A stretch of DNA of 46,024 nucleotides from Rhodophyticola sp. (GCA_028279315.1 JANQNZ010000119.1:1-46024), one strand, 5' to 3'; shown: positions 18,987 through 29,057, counted from the stretch's first letter. Numbers and translations: made by a program. Notes: a model not told the origin generated them from the sequence alone.

Positions 18987-19101
18987 GGGCGTCATCCTTC
19001 GCTCTGCCGTTATCCCGGGTGATACGCGGGCGGTTTTCGCGGGACAAGGCGCAAATCGTCCCAAGGCTGCCAGAAAAACCGGCAGAAGATCGCCGTTGTG
19101 A

Positions 19102-20955
19102 TTGGCGTCAGTCGGGTTCGGGCGCTATCAAAAACCCAACGCGTCACAAGCGGGGGATGTTGTTGTGGTTCGGAGGCTCAGCCTCTTTCTTATTGGTCTG
19201 GCTGCTCTCCCGGCTTTGGCGCTTGCCGAGGTGCAGCTCGACGTATCGGACGGCCCAGAAGAGCTGGCCGAGGATTTGCGCGCCGCCTCGCTTCTGGTTG
19301 CCGCTGATGAGAACCCCGAGGCCACGACGCAAGACGTCATCGCCGCCGCGCGGGCGGATTATGCGCGGCTTGTGGGTGTACTTTATGAGAACGGCTATTT
19401 CGGGCCTGTCGTGAGCATCCGCGTAAACGGGCGGGAGGCGGCCAATCTCTCCCCATTCTCCGCACCCAGTGCCATTCGCAGCCTGGACATCCGGGTCAAC
19501 CCGGGCCGCTCCTTCACCTTTGGCCGGGCCGAGATCGGCCCCCTGGCCCCGGGGGAGACGCCGCCCGAAGGCTTCCGCTCTGGCGAAGCGGCGGCGACAC
19601 CTGTGCTGAGAGAGGCGGCCGAAGCCGGGATCACCGGGTGGCGGCAGGCCGGTCATGCAACCGCCGCAGTCACCGGGCAACAGATCACCGCACGCCAGGC
19701 GCAAGCCATCCTTGATGCGCAAATCCGCCTCAACCCCGGCCCACGCGTGCAGTTTGGCGAGTTGATCCCGCAAGGGCATGTGCGGATGCGTGAAGACCGG
19801 ATTCGGGAGATCGCCGGGCTGCCCACGGGCGAGGTTTTTGACCCTGAGGAGCTGGACCGCGCGGCGGAAAGGCTGCGGCGGACCGGCACCTTCCGCTCAG
19901 TGTCTTTGGAGGAGCGCCCGCCCGACGCAAACGATGTGATGGACATCGCCGCCACGCTGCCCGAAGCCCCCCTGCGCCGCTTCGGGCTGGGGGCCGAGAT
20001 CGCGTCATCCGACGGGGCCACGCTAAGCGGCTACTGGCTGCACCGAAACCTCCGCGGGGGCGCCGAACGGCTGCGCTTTGACGCCGAAATCTCTGGCCTT
20101 GGTGGCGATAGCGGCGGGGCGGATTGGTCCCTTGCCGGCCGGTATGAACGCCCGGGCACGCTGACGCCGGACACAAACCTGGTCTTTGAGGCAGACCTTC
20201 AACGCCTCGACGAATCCACCTTCACAGAAGACCTGTTCGAAGTGCAGGCCGGGTTCGATCATATCTTCAGCGATCAGCTTGACGGGTCGATCCGCTTTGG
20301 GCTTCGCATCTCAGAGATCGAAGACGGGTTTGGCTCACGGCGGGTGACGCTTGCCACCGTTCCGATTGGTCTGACCTATGACAGCCGGGACAACGCCCTT
20401 GATGCGCGGCGCGGCTATTACGCCGAATTGGGCCTGACCCCGTTTCTGGTCCTGGAAGGCACGGGCGATGGTGGTGGGCTGCGGTCCTCCTTGGATGCGC
20501 GCGCTTATCTCGGCTTGGGGCCTGAGGCGCGGACACGCCTGGCCGGGCGGGTTCAATTGGGCAGCGTGGATGGCGGCGATATCACCGATCTTCCGCCGGA
20601 TTTCCTGTTCTATTCCGGCGGTGGCGGCACCGTCCGCGGCCAACCCTTCCGATCTCTTGGGGCGGTACAGAATGGCGTGGCCAGCGGCGGGCGCGGCTTT
20701 GCCGGACTGTCCGCCGAGATTCGCACGGACCTGAATGAGCAGTTCGGCCTCGTCGCCTTTGCGGATGGGGGATATGTCACAACCGGGTCGCTCTTCGACT
20801 CTGGGTCGGCCAGCGAATGGCATGCGGGCGCGGGCTTAGGCCTTCGCTACAACACCGCGATTGGGCCGATCCGGCTGGACGTGGCCACACCGGTATCGGG
20901 CGACAACACCGGAGAGCGCGTGTTCTTCTATATCGGCTTGGGGCACACGTTTTGA
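19102..20955 (+). CDS. tamA: Autotransporter assembly Omp85 protein TamA
   Basis: POTRA-like region (LYENGYF), [29 protein letters not shown], terminal F; start uncertain (19102-19165). Confidence 0.92.
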   Translation: MASVGFGRYQKPNASQAGDVVVVRRLSLFLIGLAALPALALAEVQLDVSDGPEELAEDLRAASLLVAADENPEATTQDVIAAARADYARLVGVLYENGYFGPVVSIRVNGREAANLSPFSAPSAIRSLDIRVNPGRSFTFGRAEIGPLAPGETPPEGFRSGEAAATPVLREAAEAGITGWRQAGHATAAVTGQQITARQAQAILDAQIRLNPGPRVQFGELIPQGHVRMREDRIREIAGLPTGEVFDPEELDRAAERLRRTGTFRSVSLEERPPDANDVMDIAATLPEAPLRRFGLGAEIASSDGATLSGYWLHRNLRGGAERLRFDAEISGLGGDSGGADWSLAGRYERPGTLTPDTNLVFEADLQRLDESTFTEDLFEVQAGFDHIFSDQLDGSIRFGLRISEIEDGFGSRRVTLATVPIGLTYDSRDNALDARRGYYAELGLTPFLVLEGTGDGGGLRSSLDARAYLGLGPEARTRLAGRVQLGSVDGGDITDLPPDFLFYSGGGGTVRGQPFRSLGAVQNGVASGGRGFAGLSAEIRTDLNEQFGLVAFADGGYVTTGSLFDSGSASEWHAGAGLGLRYNTAIGPIRLDVATPVSGDNTGERVFFYIGLGHTF

Positions 20956-23900
20956 GACGGCTTCTTTGCATCCTCCTGATCCTGATCTGGCCCGGTGCGG
21001 GCCTCGCTCAAGACAGTGATGACCGCTCCCGCCTGGTGCGGCTTATTGAAGATGCGCTGTCTGACGAGGCGGCGCGGCAAGTCCGGATCGAAGGGTTTCG
21101 TGGGGCGCTAAGTTCGACGGCTCAGCTTGACCGCCTGACCATCGCCGATGAAGACGGCATCTGGCTGACCCTTGAGGCGGCGACGCTCAACTGGAACCGC
21201 ACCGCCATCTTCTCCCGCGCTTTGGAGGTGACGGAACTGACCGCGGGCCGTCTGGCCATCGCCCGCCTGCCTGAGGGCGACACGCTGCCTGACGCCGAGG
21301 CGCAACCCTTCTCGCTCCCCGAATTGCCGCTTCGGATTCAGATCGACGAGGCCGCGATTGGGCAGGTTGAGCTTGGGCCGGATGTTTTGGGGGAGGCACT
21401 AACTTTCTCGGTCGGTGGCACCGGGCAATTGGCCGATGGCGAGGGAGAGGCGGAGTTCTTGCTGACCCGCCTTGATGGGCCTGAAGGGCGCATTCGGCTG
21501 GACGGCGCGTTCGATAACGAGACCCGGGTTCTTGACCTTGATCTTGGATTTGTTGAAGGGGCGGGCGGCTTGGTGGCCACCCGCCTTGGCATCCCCGGCG
21601 CGCCCGCGATTGATCTGACCGTCGCGGGCACAGGGCCTCTCAGCGACTTCACCGCCGAGATCAATCTCGACACCGATAGCGAGCCGCGCTTGGCCGGTCA
21701 GGTGGCGCTGTTGGAGCCGGAAGAGGGCGGGCGGCGCGTGTCTGTCGATATCGCGGGCGATGTCACCGCGATCTTCTTGCCCGAATACCGTGACTTCTTT
21801 GGCCCCCGCATCGCCCTTGTGGCTGAGGTGGTGCAGGACCCAAACGGTGCCCTGTCGCTCGACCCCTTTCACCTGGAGGCGGCAGCCATGGAGCTATCCG
21901 GAACCGTCTTCCTCAACACCGATCGCCAGCCAGAGAGCTTTGAAATCACCGGCCTGATATCCCCGACCGAGGCACAGCCGGGCCGGGTACGGCTTCCCAT
22001 CGCTGGCGCGGAGACAAGTGTGGATCGGGTGGAGCTTGACGTCGGATACAACAGCGCCCTCGGCAACACTTGGCAAGGGCGGTTCGGAATCCGTGATCTT
22101 CAGGTGGATGACCTCAGCATTGCCTCAACCGAGTTGGAGGTCGATGGCGTTCTGACCGAAGCGGAGCAGGGCCTGGCCAGGGCCAGCGCCGAAGTCGCAA
22201 TGGTGGCAAATGGCATTGCCCATCCCGATGAGGGCCTTGCCGCCGCCTTTGGTGAGCGCGCCGAGATCAGCGCGTCAGTGGTTTGGCGTGATGGCGATCC
22301 GGTGGAGATCACCGGCCTCCGCGCCCAGTCAGGCGACGCGCGCCTCTTTGGCGAGTTGACCCTGGCGGCCATCGATACCGGGCTCGATGTCGGCGTCTCG
22401 GCAACAGCGGCGCTGGCCGACCTCACCCGTTTCGCTGCGGTGGCTGATCAACCCCTGTCCGGCGCGGCTGAGCTGTCGCTGAACGGAACCGCCAACCTGC
22501 CCTCCGGCGGGTTCGATATTGATGTCGAGGGGGAGACCCTGGATTTGCGCGTCGCGGACGGCCTGCCGCCTGCGCTTTTCGCGGGCGAAACCACATTTGC
22601 GACCAGCCTGGAGCGGGATGAGACCGGGCTATCGGTGGAGAGCCTCGACCTCACCGGACAGGAACTGGAGTTGGAAGGCCGGGCCGAGGTCGCCAGCGAT
22701 GGAAGCACACTTGATCTGACCGCAGGGCTTCGCGATGTCGGCCTCTTTACCTCGGCCCTCTCCGGACCCGTCTCTCTGGAGGCGGCACTCGCCCAAACCG
22801 GCGAGAACCCTTGGGGGCTCACCGCGGACCTTGCCGGGCCGGGCGGCATTGCGCTGGACCTAGCCGGGGATGTCGGGCTTGAGGGTGGCGCGGTTGATCT
22901 CGCGCTCACAGGCTCCGCGCCCCTTGCACTTGCCGACCCGTTCATCGCCCCGCGTACGATCCGGGGCAATCTGGCCATCGATCTCGGCCTTGTTGGGCCG
23001 CCGGAGCTTGCCAATCTCAGCGGGCGGCTCACCACATCCGGCGCCAGCGTGGCCGCCCCGACCTTGCCCATAAGCCTCACCGATCTTGGGGCCGAGATTG
23101 ATCTGAACGGCAGCACCGCGCAGGTGGCCGCGACAGGCGTAATCTCAACCGGCGGCCAGGTCACGGCCAATGGCCAGGTCGGATTTGGCGGCGGCGGTCT
23201 GCCCGTCAACCTCACGATCGGGGCCACCAATGCCCGGCTCCTCGACCCTGCACTTTATGAGGTACTGCTCCCCAGCATCGATCTTCAAATGAACGGGGAT
23301 TTGACCGGCGCCAGCACCGTAACTGGCACTGTCCAGGTCGGGGAAACCGAGATCCGCATCCCCGAAAGCGGCTTCGGCGGGGCAACGACGATCCCCGATA
23401 TCACCCATATCGGCGGCACCGCCGCACAACGCCGAACCCGGGCCAATGCCGGGCTGACGGGTCAATCCTCGCAGGCCGGTGGCGGCAACAGCAATATCGG
23501 TCTCGACATCGCCATTTCCGCGCCCGGGCGCATCTTCCTTAGGGGCCGCGGGGTCGATGCCGAGCTTGGGGGTACGCTTCGGGTTGGCGGCACCACGGCA
23601 AATGTCATCCCCGATGGGCGGTTTGACCTGATCCGCGGTCGCCTGGCGCTTCTTGGCCAACGGCTCGACCTGGTCGAGGGCAGCGCCACACTCACCAGCA
23701 ATTTCGATCCGTTCCTGCGGCTGCTCGCCGAAAGCCAAGCCGGGGAATTTCTGATCCAAATTCTTGTGAGCGGCCCGGCCAGCAACCCTGAGGTCTCTTT
23801 TGACTCCGTCCCCGGCCTGCCGGAGGACGAGGTCTTGGCGCAACTCCTCTTTGGGCGCAGCATCTCAAACCTATCCGCGCTCCAGGCGTTGCAACTGGCC

Positions 23901-24191
23901 GATGCCGTCGCGGGCCTGGCCGGCGTGCGATCCGGCCCCGGCGTGTTTGAGCGGTTGCGCGACAATCTCAACCTGGATGATTTGGACGTGCGCACCACCG
24001 AAGATGGCAGCGCGGCGGTGCGCGCGGGGCGCTATATCTCAGACAATATCTACACCGATGTGACCGTGGGCGGCGACGGTGGGGCCGATGTCTCCCTCAA
24101 TATCGACCTGACGCCAAACATCACCGCGCGTGGCGAGGTGAGCGGCGACGGGGAAAGCCGCCTCGGTATCTTTTTTGAGCGTGATTACTGA
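20952..24191 (+). CDS. tamB: Translocation/assembly module TamB
   Basis: TTGA overlap with tamA; N-terminal anchor; DUF490-like C-terminus (LPEDEVLAQLLFG...AGRYISDNIY...FFERDY). Confidence 0.92.
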   Translation: MRRLLCILLILIWPGAGLAQDSDDRSRLVRLIEDALSDEAARQVRIEGFRGALSSTAQLDRLTIADEDGIWLTLEAATLNWNRTAIFSRALEVTELTAGRLAIARLPEGDTLPDAEAQPFSLPELPLRIQIDEAAIGQVELGPDVLGEALTFSVGGTGQLADGEGEAEFLLTRLDGPEGRIRLDGAFDNETRVLDLDLGFVEGAGGLVATRLGIPGAPAIDLTVAGTGPLSDFTAEINLDTDSEPRLAGQVALLEPEEGGRRVSVDIAGDVTAIFLPEYRDFFGPRIALVAEVVQDPNGALSLDPFHLEAAAMELSGTVFLNTDRQPESFEITGLISPTEAQPGRVRLPIAGAETSVDRVELDVGYNSALGNTWQGRFGIRDLQVDDLSIASTELEVDGVLTEAEQGLARASAEVAMVANGIAHPDEGLAAAFGERAEISASVVWRDGDPVEITGLRAQSGDARLFGELTLAAIDTGLDVGVSATAALADLTRFAAVADQPLSGAAELSLNGTANLPSGGFDIDVEGETLDLRVADGLPPALFAGETTFATSLERDETGLSVESLDLTGQELELEGRAEVASDGSTLDLTAGLRDVGLFTSALSGPVSLEAALAQTGENPWGLTADLAGPGGIALDLAGDVGLEGGAVDLALTGSAPLALADPFIAPRTIRGNLAIDLGLVGPPELANLSGRLTTSGASVAAPTLPISLTDLGAEIDLNGSTAQVAATGVISTGGQVTANGQVGFGGGGLPVNLTIGATNARLLDPALYEVLLPSIDLQMNGDLTGASTVTGTVQVGETEIRIPESGFGGATTIPDITHIGGTAAQRRTRANAGLTGQSSQAGGGNSNIGLDIAISAPGRIFLRGRGVDAELGGTLRVGGTTANVIPDGRFDLIRGRLALLGQRLDLVEGSATLTSNFDPFLRLLAESQAGEFLIQILVSGPASNPEVSFDSVPGLPEDEVLAQLLFGRSISNLSALQALQLADAVAGLAGVRSGPGVFERLRDNLNLDDLDVRTTEDGSAAVRAGRYISDNIYTDVTVGGDGGADVSLNIDLTPNITARGEVSGDGESRLGIFFERDY

Positions 24192-24240
24192 CGCTATTGC
24201 CGCGAAGAGGACGGCACAACCCGATTCACACGAAGGCCCG

Positions 24241-24269
24241 TTGACAGTCTAGGGACCCAGAGTTATCAG
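24241..24269 (+). promoter_or_regulatory. Sigma70-type promoter of tRNA-Leu
   Basis: TTGACA-N17-TATCAG ending 17 bp before the tRNA. Confidence 0.7.
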
Positions 24270-24286
24270 CCGCAGTCACGACACCG

Positions 24287-24373
24287 GCCCAGGTGGCGGA
24301 ATTGGTAGACGCGCTAGCTTCAGGTGCTAGTGACCGTATGGACGTGGAGGTTCGAGTCCTCTCCTGGGCACCA
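24287..24373 (+). tRNA. tRNA-Leu(CAG), 87 nt
   Basis: Acceptor GCCCAGG/CCTGGGC-ACCA, D-loop GGAATTGGTAGAC, anticodon arm CTAGC-TTCAGGT-GCTAG, long variable arm, GGTTCGAGTCC. Confidence 0.98.
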
Positions 24374-24547
24374 TTCCCGAAAACAGATTGTGTTCTCAGC
24401 AGGTAGGCGCCGGAGCGTTGTGGCCATGCGCCCGACAAACCTCGTGAATTCCGCCTAAGAATCACGAACACGTTGAGTGATTTAGGACCGAGTAGGTCCG
24501 GGCGGTGCGCAATCCTCGATCACGCACCGATCACCAAATGACGTTGT

Positions 24548-24922
24548 TCAATCCCGTATCTGCGCAGGCTCTAGAAGGTCACACGCGAAATTGGTCATCC
24601 CGTTAGGTAGAATTGTGAACCGACAGAACTCTATTTCTGCCGTGGCCGTGTCCAGAACGGGAAAGAGATACACGGTGCTGTCTTCTTGATCGACGAAGGA
24701 AATCGTGTCGCCCAACTCGAAGCGCCCGGGGTCGAGCGGAAACGGACCATGGCGGACGCCCGCACCAAACCCCGCGCCAAAGCGACTGTCACGATCAAGA
24801 TAGAAATCGCCGGGCGTCCAACCTGTACTTGTGGGCTCATTGTAGTGGTCAGCTGACGCAGGTGCGGCGAGACCCAGCAGCAGGACCGTAAGGACTCCGA
24901 GACGAGGAAACTGAGTTATCAT
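24548..24922 (-). CDS. Hypothetical small secreted protein (124 aa)
   Basis: ATG 24922 after AAAGGA; signal VLTVLLLGLAAPASA|DH; C-terminal Cys pair. Confidence 0.65.
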   Translation of the reverse strand: MITQFPRLGVLTVLLLGLAAPASADHYNEPTSTGWTPGDFYLDRDSRFGAGFGAGVRHGPFPLDPGRFELGDTISFVDQEDSTVYLFPVLDTATAEIEFCRFTILPNGMTNFACDLLEPAQIRD

Positions 24923-25129
24923 ACGTTGGTCCTTTGCTTTGAAGAATGGTGTTCGCCCTTTATCGGCGGGCTCAACACTTTCGCAATTTGGTTGAAGGCA
25001 AAAGGGGCTCAATTCATGACCTATCGCGACGAGGACGGAGGCGTACGTCGCCCAGCGATCCCCAGCGGGAAGAGTTGAGTTCGCGCCGCAAAGCCCGTAT
25101 CCCGGCGCAAACCTGCCAAGGAGCCATGC

Positions 25130-25741
25130 GTGACCAATAATCTTTATCAGTCGGACCTGCCAGATGGCCTGGATCTTGGACCCGTCGTGGCGATTGATTG
25201 TGAGACCATGGGGCTAAACCCCCATCGGGACCGTCTGTGTCTGGTTCAACTGTCAAGCCGGGACGGCGACGCGCATCTGGTGCAGATCGCGCCTGGGCAG
25301 ACGGCGGCGCCCAATCTCACCGCGCTTCTGGAGAACCCAGATGTCTTGAAACTGTTCCATTTCGGGCGGTTCGATATCGCGGCGCTGCTTCATGCCTTCG
25401 GCGCCCTTACGACGCCGGTCTATTGCACCAAGATCGCCTCAAAACTCGTGCGCACCTTCACCGACCGGCATGGGCTGAAGTATCTCTGCCAAGACCTGAT
25501 TGGCGTCGATATCTCCAAGCAGCAGCAAAGCTCTGACTGGGGGGCGGAGACCTTGAGTGAGGCGCAACTCTCCTACGCTGCCTCCGACGTCCTTTATCTC
25601 CATCGCATTCGGGAGGAGCTGGACCGCCGCCTGGCCCGGGAGGGGCGCGCCGATCTGGCCCAGGCCTGTTTCGATTTCCTGCCGACGCGGGCGCGGTTGG
25701 ACCTCGCCGGCTGGCCCGAGATCGACATTTTTGCCCATTAG
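25130..25741 (+). CDS. rnd: Ribonuclease D-like 3'-5' exonuclease (short form)
   Basis: DEDDy motifs AIDCETMGL, FHFGRFD, CTKIAS, YAASDV; RBS AAGGAG. Confidence 0.9.
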   Translation: MTNNLYQSDLPDGLDLGPVVAIDCETMGLNPHRDRLCLVQLSSRDGDAHLVQIAPGQTAAPNLTALLENPDVLKLFHFGRFDIAALLHAFGALTTPVYCTKIASKLVRTFTDRHGLKYLCQDLIGVDISKQQQSSDWGAETLSEAQLSYAASDVLYLHRIREELDRRLAREGRADLAQACFDFLPTRARLDLAGWPEIDIFAH

Positions 25742-25747
25742 CCGCCA

Positions 25748-26344
25748 ATGGCCGCGGAGAACAGATATTCTCAGATCGTCGCCTGGATGAAGGTGATCCT
25801 GCCGCTTCTGGCTTTGGCGCTTCTGTCGACGCTTTTTCTGTTCTCCCGCTCTCCCGACCCGGAGATGGCGATCCCGTTTGCGGAAGTTGATGTAGAAGAA
25901 CTTGCGGAAGAGCAACGACTGAACCAACCCCGGTTCGCCGGGACCCTGGACGATGGCCGCGAGGTCTTGTTCGTGGCCGATCGCGCCGCGCCAGTGGCCG
26001 GGCAACCCCGCCAGATCACGGCGGAGATTGTGCAGGCCCGCGTCGCCCTCTCCGACACCGATTACGTTCTTTTGGCCAGCGGAAGCTCCCATGTCGATCT
26101 GGAGGCGCGCGAGGCGGAACTGGAAAACGATGTGCGCGTGACAAGCTCGGCCGGGTATCGGATGGAAAGTGACCGGATGACGCTGGCGCTGGATGATCTG
26201 CGCCTTGTGTCGCCCGGACCAGTGCGGGTGACGGGGCCTGCCTTGGACCTGACCGCAGACATGATGTCCCTGACGGGGGAAGAAGGCGCCCAGGTTCTCA
26301 GTTTCAATGGCACGGTCAGAATGATATATGACCCGGCAGATTGA
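25748..26344 (+). CDS. lptC: LPS export protein LptC
   Basis: Single N-terminal TM (MKVILPLLALALLSTLFLFS), beta-jellyroll-like remainder, directly upstream of lptA/lptB. Confidence 0.85.
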   Translation: MAAENRYSQIVAWMKVILPLLALALLSTLFLFSRSPDPEMAIPFAEVDVEELAEEQRLNQPRFAGTLDDGREVLFVADRAAPVAGQPRQITAEIVQARVALSDTDYVLLASGSSHVDLEAREAELENDVRVTSSAGYRMESDRMTLALDDLRLVSPGPVRVTGPALDLTADMMSLTGEEGAQVLSFNGTVRMIYDPAD

Positions 26345-26847
26345 GGAACTTCATGCGCGCGGCAGCCTTTTCTTTCATCGTTCTTGTCTTCTCTGTGGTC
26401 AGCGCCGCTGCGCAGGTCGCGATTGGCTTTGGCGGCGTGGCGCATGATTCCCGACAGCCGGTTGAGGTGACCGCCGACAGCCTGACCGTCAATCAGGAAA
26501 CCGGGAATGCGGTCTTCACCGGCAATGTCATCATCATTCAGGGGGAGCTGCGGATGGCCGCAGGTGAGGTGACCGTCGTCTATGGCGCGGACCCCGACAA
26601 CCGGGATATCCGCGAAGTCCGTGCGACGGGCGGCGTTTTGGTCACCCGGGGCAGCGACGCGGCTGAGGGGCAATCGGCGCTTTATGAGGTCGCGTCTTCA
26701 CTCATGACTTTGAGCGGCAGCGTCCTGGTCACCCAAGGCCCCACCGCGATCTCGGGCGACGGGATGGTGGTTAATATCGCAACCGGCGACGGCACGGTTG
26801 AGGGGCGTGTGCGCACCATCCTTCAGCCCGCGGATGAGAGCCAGTGA
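26341..26847 (+). CDS. lptA: LPS transport periplasmic protein LptA
   Basis: Signal peptide; OstA motifs PVEVTADSL, AVFTGNVIIIQG, GRVRTIL. Confidence 0.92.
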   Translation: MRNFMRAAAFSFIVLVFSVVSAAAQVAIGFGGVAHDSRQPVEVTADSLTVNQETGNAVFTGNVIIIQGELRMAAGEVTVVYGADPDNRDIREVRATGGVLVTRGSDAAEGQSALYEVASSLMTLSGSVLVTQGPTAISGDGMVVNIATGDGTVEGRVRTILQPADESQ

Positions 26848-27605
26848 CCGCGCGGCCAAATCTCACCGTGACCGAAGGCCAGCAAGGCCTCCAGATTCGC
26901 AATCTGCGCAAAAGCTATCGCCGCCGCCCGGTGATCCGCGATGTGACGATGGACCTGCGCCAGGGCGAGGTCGTGGCGCTTCTGGGGCCAAACGGATCGG
27001 GCAAGACCACCTGCTTTTACTCCATCGCCGGGTTGATCGCGCCTGATGGCGGCACTGTGGTGCTCGACGGTCAAGAGGTCACGCAACTGCCCATGTATCG
27101 CCGGGCCAAATCCGGCATCGGGTATCTGCCGCAAGAGATGTCGATCTTCCGGGGGCTTTCGGTCGAAAACAACATCCTGGCGATTCTCGAAGTGGCGGAG
27201 CCGAACCGGACCAAACGTATGGACCGGCTGGAATCGCTTTTGTCGGAGTTTTCCATCGGCCATCTCCGCCGCGCCTCGGCGCTTTCACTGTCAGGCGGGG
27301 AACGGCGCCGGGTTGAGATCGCGCGCTGCCTGGCCTCAAACCCGCGATATGTCCTCTTGGATGAACCCTTCGCGGGCGTCGACCCAATTGCCGTGGGCGA
27401 GATCAGGGCGCTTGTCTCTGACCTTAAGAAACGGGGGCTTGGCGTGCTGATCACCGATCACAATGTGCGCGAGACCCTGCAGATCGTTGACCGCGCCTAT
27501 ATCCTGCATGACGGCACGATCTTGATGAGCGGAACCGCCGATGAGGTTGTCGAGGACGAAAACGTGCGCCGGGTCTATCTGGGACAGAGTTTCCGGATCA
27601 GCTGA
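26844..27605 (+). CDS. lptB: LPS export ABC ATPase LptB
   Basis: GPNGSGKTT, GYLPQE, LSGGERRRVEIAR, LLDEPFAGVDP, ITDHNVRETL. Confidence 0.97.
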   Translation: MTARPNLTVTEGQQGLQIRNLRKSYRRRPVIRDVTMDLRQGEVVALLGPNGSGKTTCFYSIAGLIAPDGGTVVLDGQEVTQLPMYRRAKSGIGYLPQEMSIFRGLSVENNILAILEVAEPNRTKRMDRLESLLSEFSIGHLRRASALSLSGGERRRVEIARCLASNPRYVLLDEPFAGVDPIAVGEIRALVSDLKKRGLGVLITDHNVRETLQIVDRAYILHDGTILMSGTADEVVEDENVRRVYLGQSFRIS

Positions 27606-27838
27606 TCTCAGCCTCACCGTCGCACCCTGCCGCTTAACATTGACAGCACCGGGCGAATTGCCGCCAAATGGAGGAGATGTGTGCAACCGCCGATCCCTTG
27701 CGTTGGTGCCCCGACCGGCTGATGACAGCCGGGGTGCAAAGCTCAAGGCGGCCGGCAGACCCCCCACCATCCTAAAGACTCTCTTAAGGCCTCTCGGCTA
27801 AACTGCCGGGATGGTCCGCACGACCACGCGGAGGATAC

Positions 27839-28414
27839 ATGCGGTACCAAATCAGCGGAAAACAGATCGATATCGGCGATGCGCTTCAAACCCATGTGAA
27901 AGACGGCCTTGGCGCGGTCATGTCGAAATATGCTGAGCGCCCGACGGATGCGACCGTGATCTTCTCTCGCAGTGGCCATGAACATGTGTGTGAAGCGACG
28001 GTGCATCTATCGACCGGGTTGACCGCGTCCGCCAAAGCCTCGGAACATGAAATCTATGCCGCGTTTGAGGCCTGTTGCGATAAGATGGAAAAGCAGCTCC
28101 GTCGCTACAAACGCCGTTTGAAAGACCATCATAAGGAGCGCGCGCAACCCGTTGAACTCTTCGGCGCGTCGTCCTATATCCTCGCCGCGTCGGAAAACAG
28201 TGAAGAGGCTGAGCCGGAATCGCTCCAACCCATCATCGTGGCGGAAATGGAAACCAAGATCCCCTCACTCTCGGTTGGGGAAGCGGTGATGCAGATGGAA
28301 CTGGCGGGCGCGCCCTTGCTGGTTTTTCGAAATGAGGGACATGACGGACTAAACGTCGTTTATCGGCGGGATGACGGAAATGTGGGATGGATCGACCCCC
28401 GTCCCAATACGTAA
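27839..28414 (+). CDS. hpf: Ribosome hibernation promoting factor (long HPF/RaiA)
   Basis: MRYQISGKQIDIG, KMEKQLRRYKRRLKDHH, C-terminal LSVGEAVMQMEL...NVVYRRDDGNVGWIDP; RBS GGAGGA. Confidence 0.95.
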   Translation: MRYQISGKQIDIGDALQTHVKDGLGAVMSKYAERPTDATVIFSRSGHEHVCEATVHLSTGLTASAKASEHEIYAAFEACCDKMEKQLRRYKRRLKDHHKERAQPVELFGASSYILAASENSEEAEPESLQPIIVAEMETKIPSLSVGEAVMQMELAGAPLLVFRNEGHDGLNVVYRRDDGNVGWIDPRPNT

Positions 28415-28465
28415 CGGAACATCAACCGCGCGCCGGATAAGCCGCGCAGGAATGGGATCACACGT

Positions 28466-28930
28466 ATGGATTTGGCAACGCTCCTGAAACCGCAGGGTGT
28501 GAAGGTTGTGGCCGATGTCACGAGTAAGAAGCGGCTGATGCAGAAGCTGTCGGAATTGGCGGAAGGGCTGGTTGACCTGCCCGCGGCCCGGATTCTCGAC
28601 GCGCTTCAGGATCGGGAGAGCTTGGGGCCCACTGGCGTCGGCAAAGGCGTGGCATTGCCGCACGCGCGGATCGGCGATTTGACCGAGGTGCGCGGGGCGT
28701 TCCTGAAGCTCGACAAGCCGATCGATTTCGATTCGGTGGATCGGCAGCCGGTGGATTTGGTCTTTGCGCTTTTTGCGCCCGCCGACACGGGCGTGGATCA
28801 TCTGAAAGCGCTAGCGCTGGTCTCTCGCACGTTGCGCAACTCAGCGCTCTGCGCAAAGCTCCGAGCCAATTCCGACCCCGCGACGCTGCACACGTTGATC
28901 ACTGGGGCCGCGACATCTGAGGCGGCTTAG
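28466..28930 (+). CDS. ptsN: PTS EIIA(Ntr)
   Basis: RESLGPTGVGKGVALPHAR phospho-His motif; position after hpf. Confidence 0.93.
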   Translation: MDLATLLKPQGVKVVADVTSKKRLMQKLSELAEGLVDLPAARILDALQDRESLGPTGVGKGVALPHARIGDLTEVRGAFLKLDKPIDFDSVDRQPVDLVFALFAPADTGVDHLKALALVSRTLRNSALCAKLRANSDPATLHTLITGAATSEAA

Positions 28931-29004
28931 GGCCGAGATCGGGACGGTCTACGGCTTATTCGTCGGATCGCCAGACGCACAACCATGGCCCCCCAACCGG
29001 GATC

Positions 29005-29047
29005 CGTTTTCTTGCAAGAAAACGAACCGGAATTTTGCAAAATTCCG
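29005..29047. repeat. Two adjacent perfect 20-bp palindromes
   Basis: CGTTTTCTTGCAAGAAAACG (29005-29024) and CGGAATTTTGCAAAATTCCG (29028-29047). Confidence 0.9.
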
Positions 29048-29057
29048 CTGCCCCGCC

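Noticed and set aside
24287-25130. Prophage or ICE integrated at tRNA-Leu
   Set aside because: No integrase and no duplicated tRNA 3' end seen in the window
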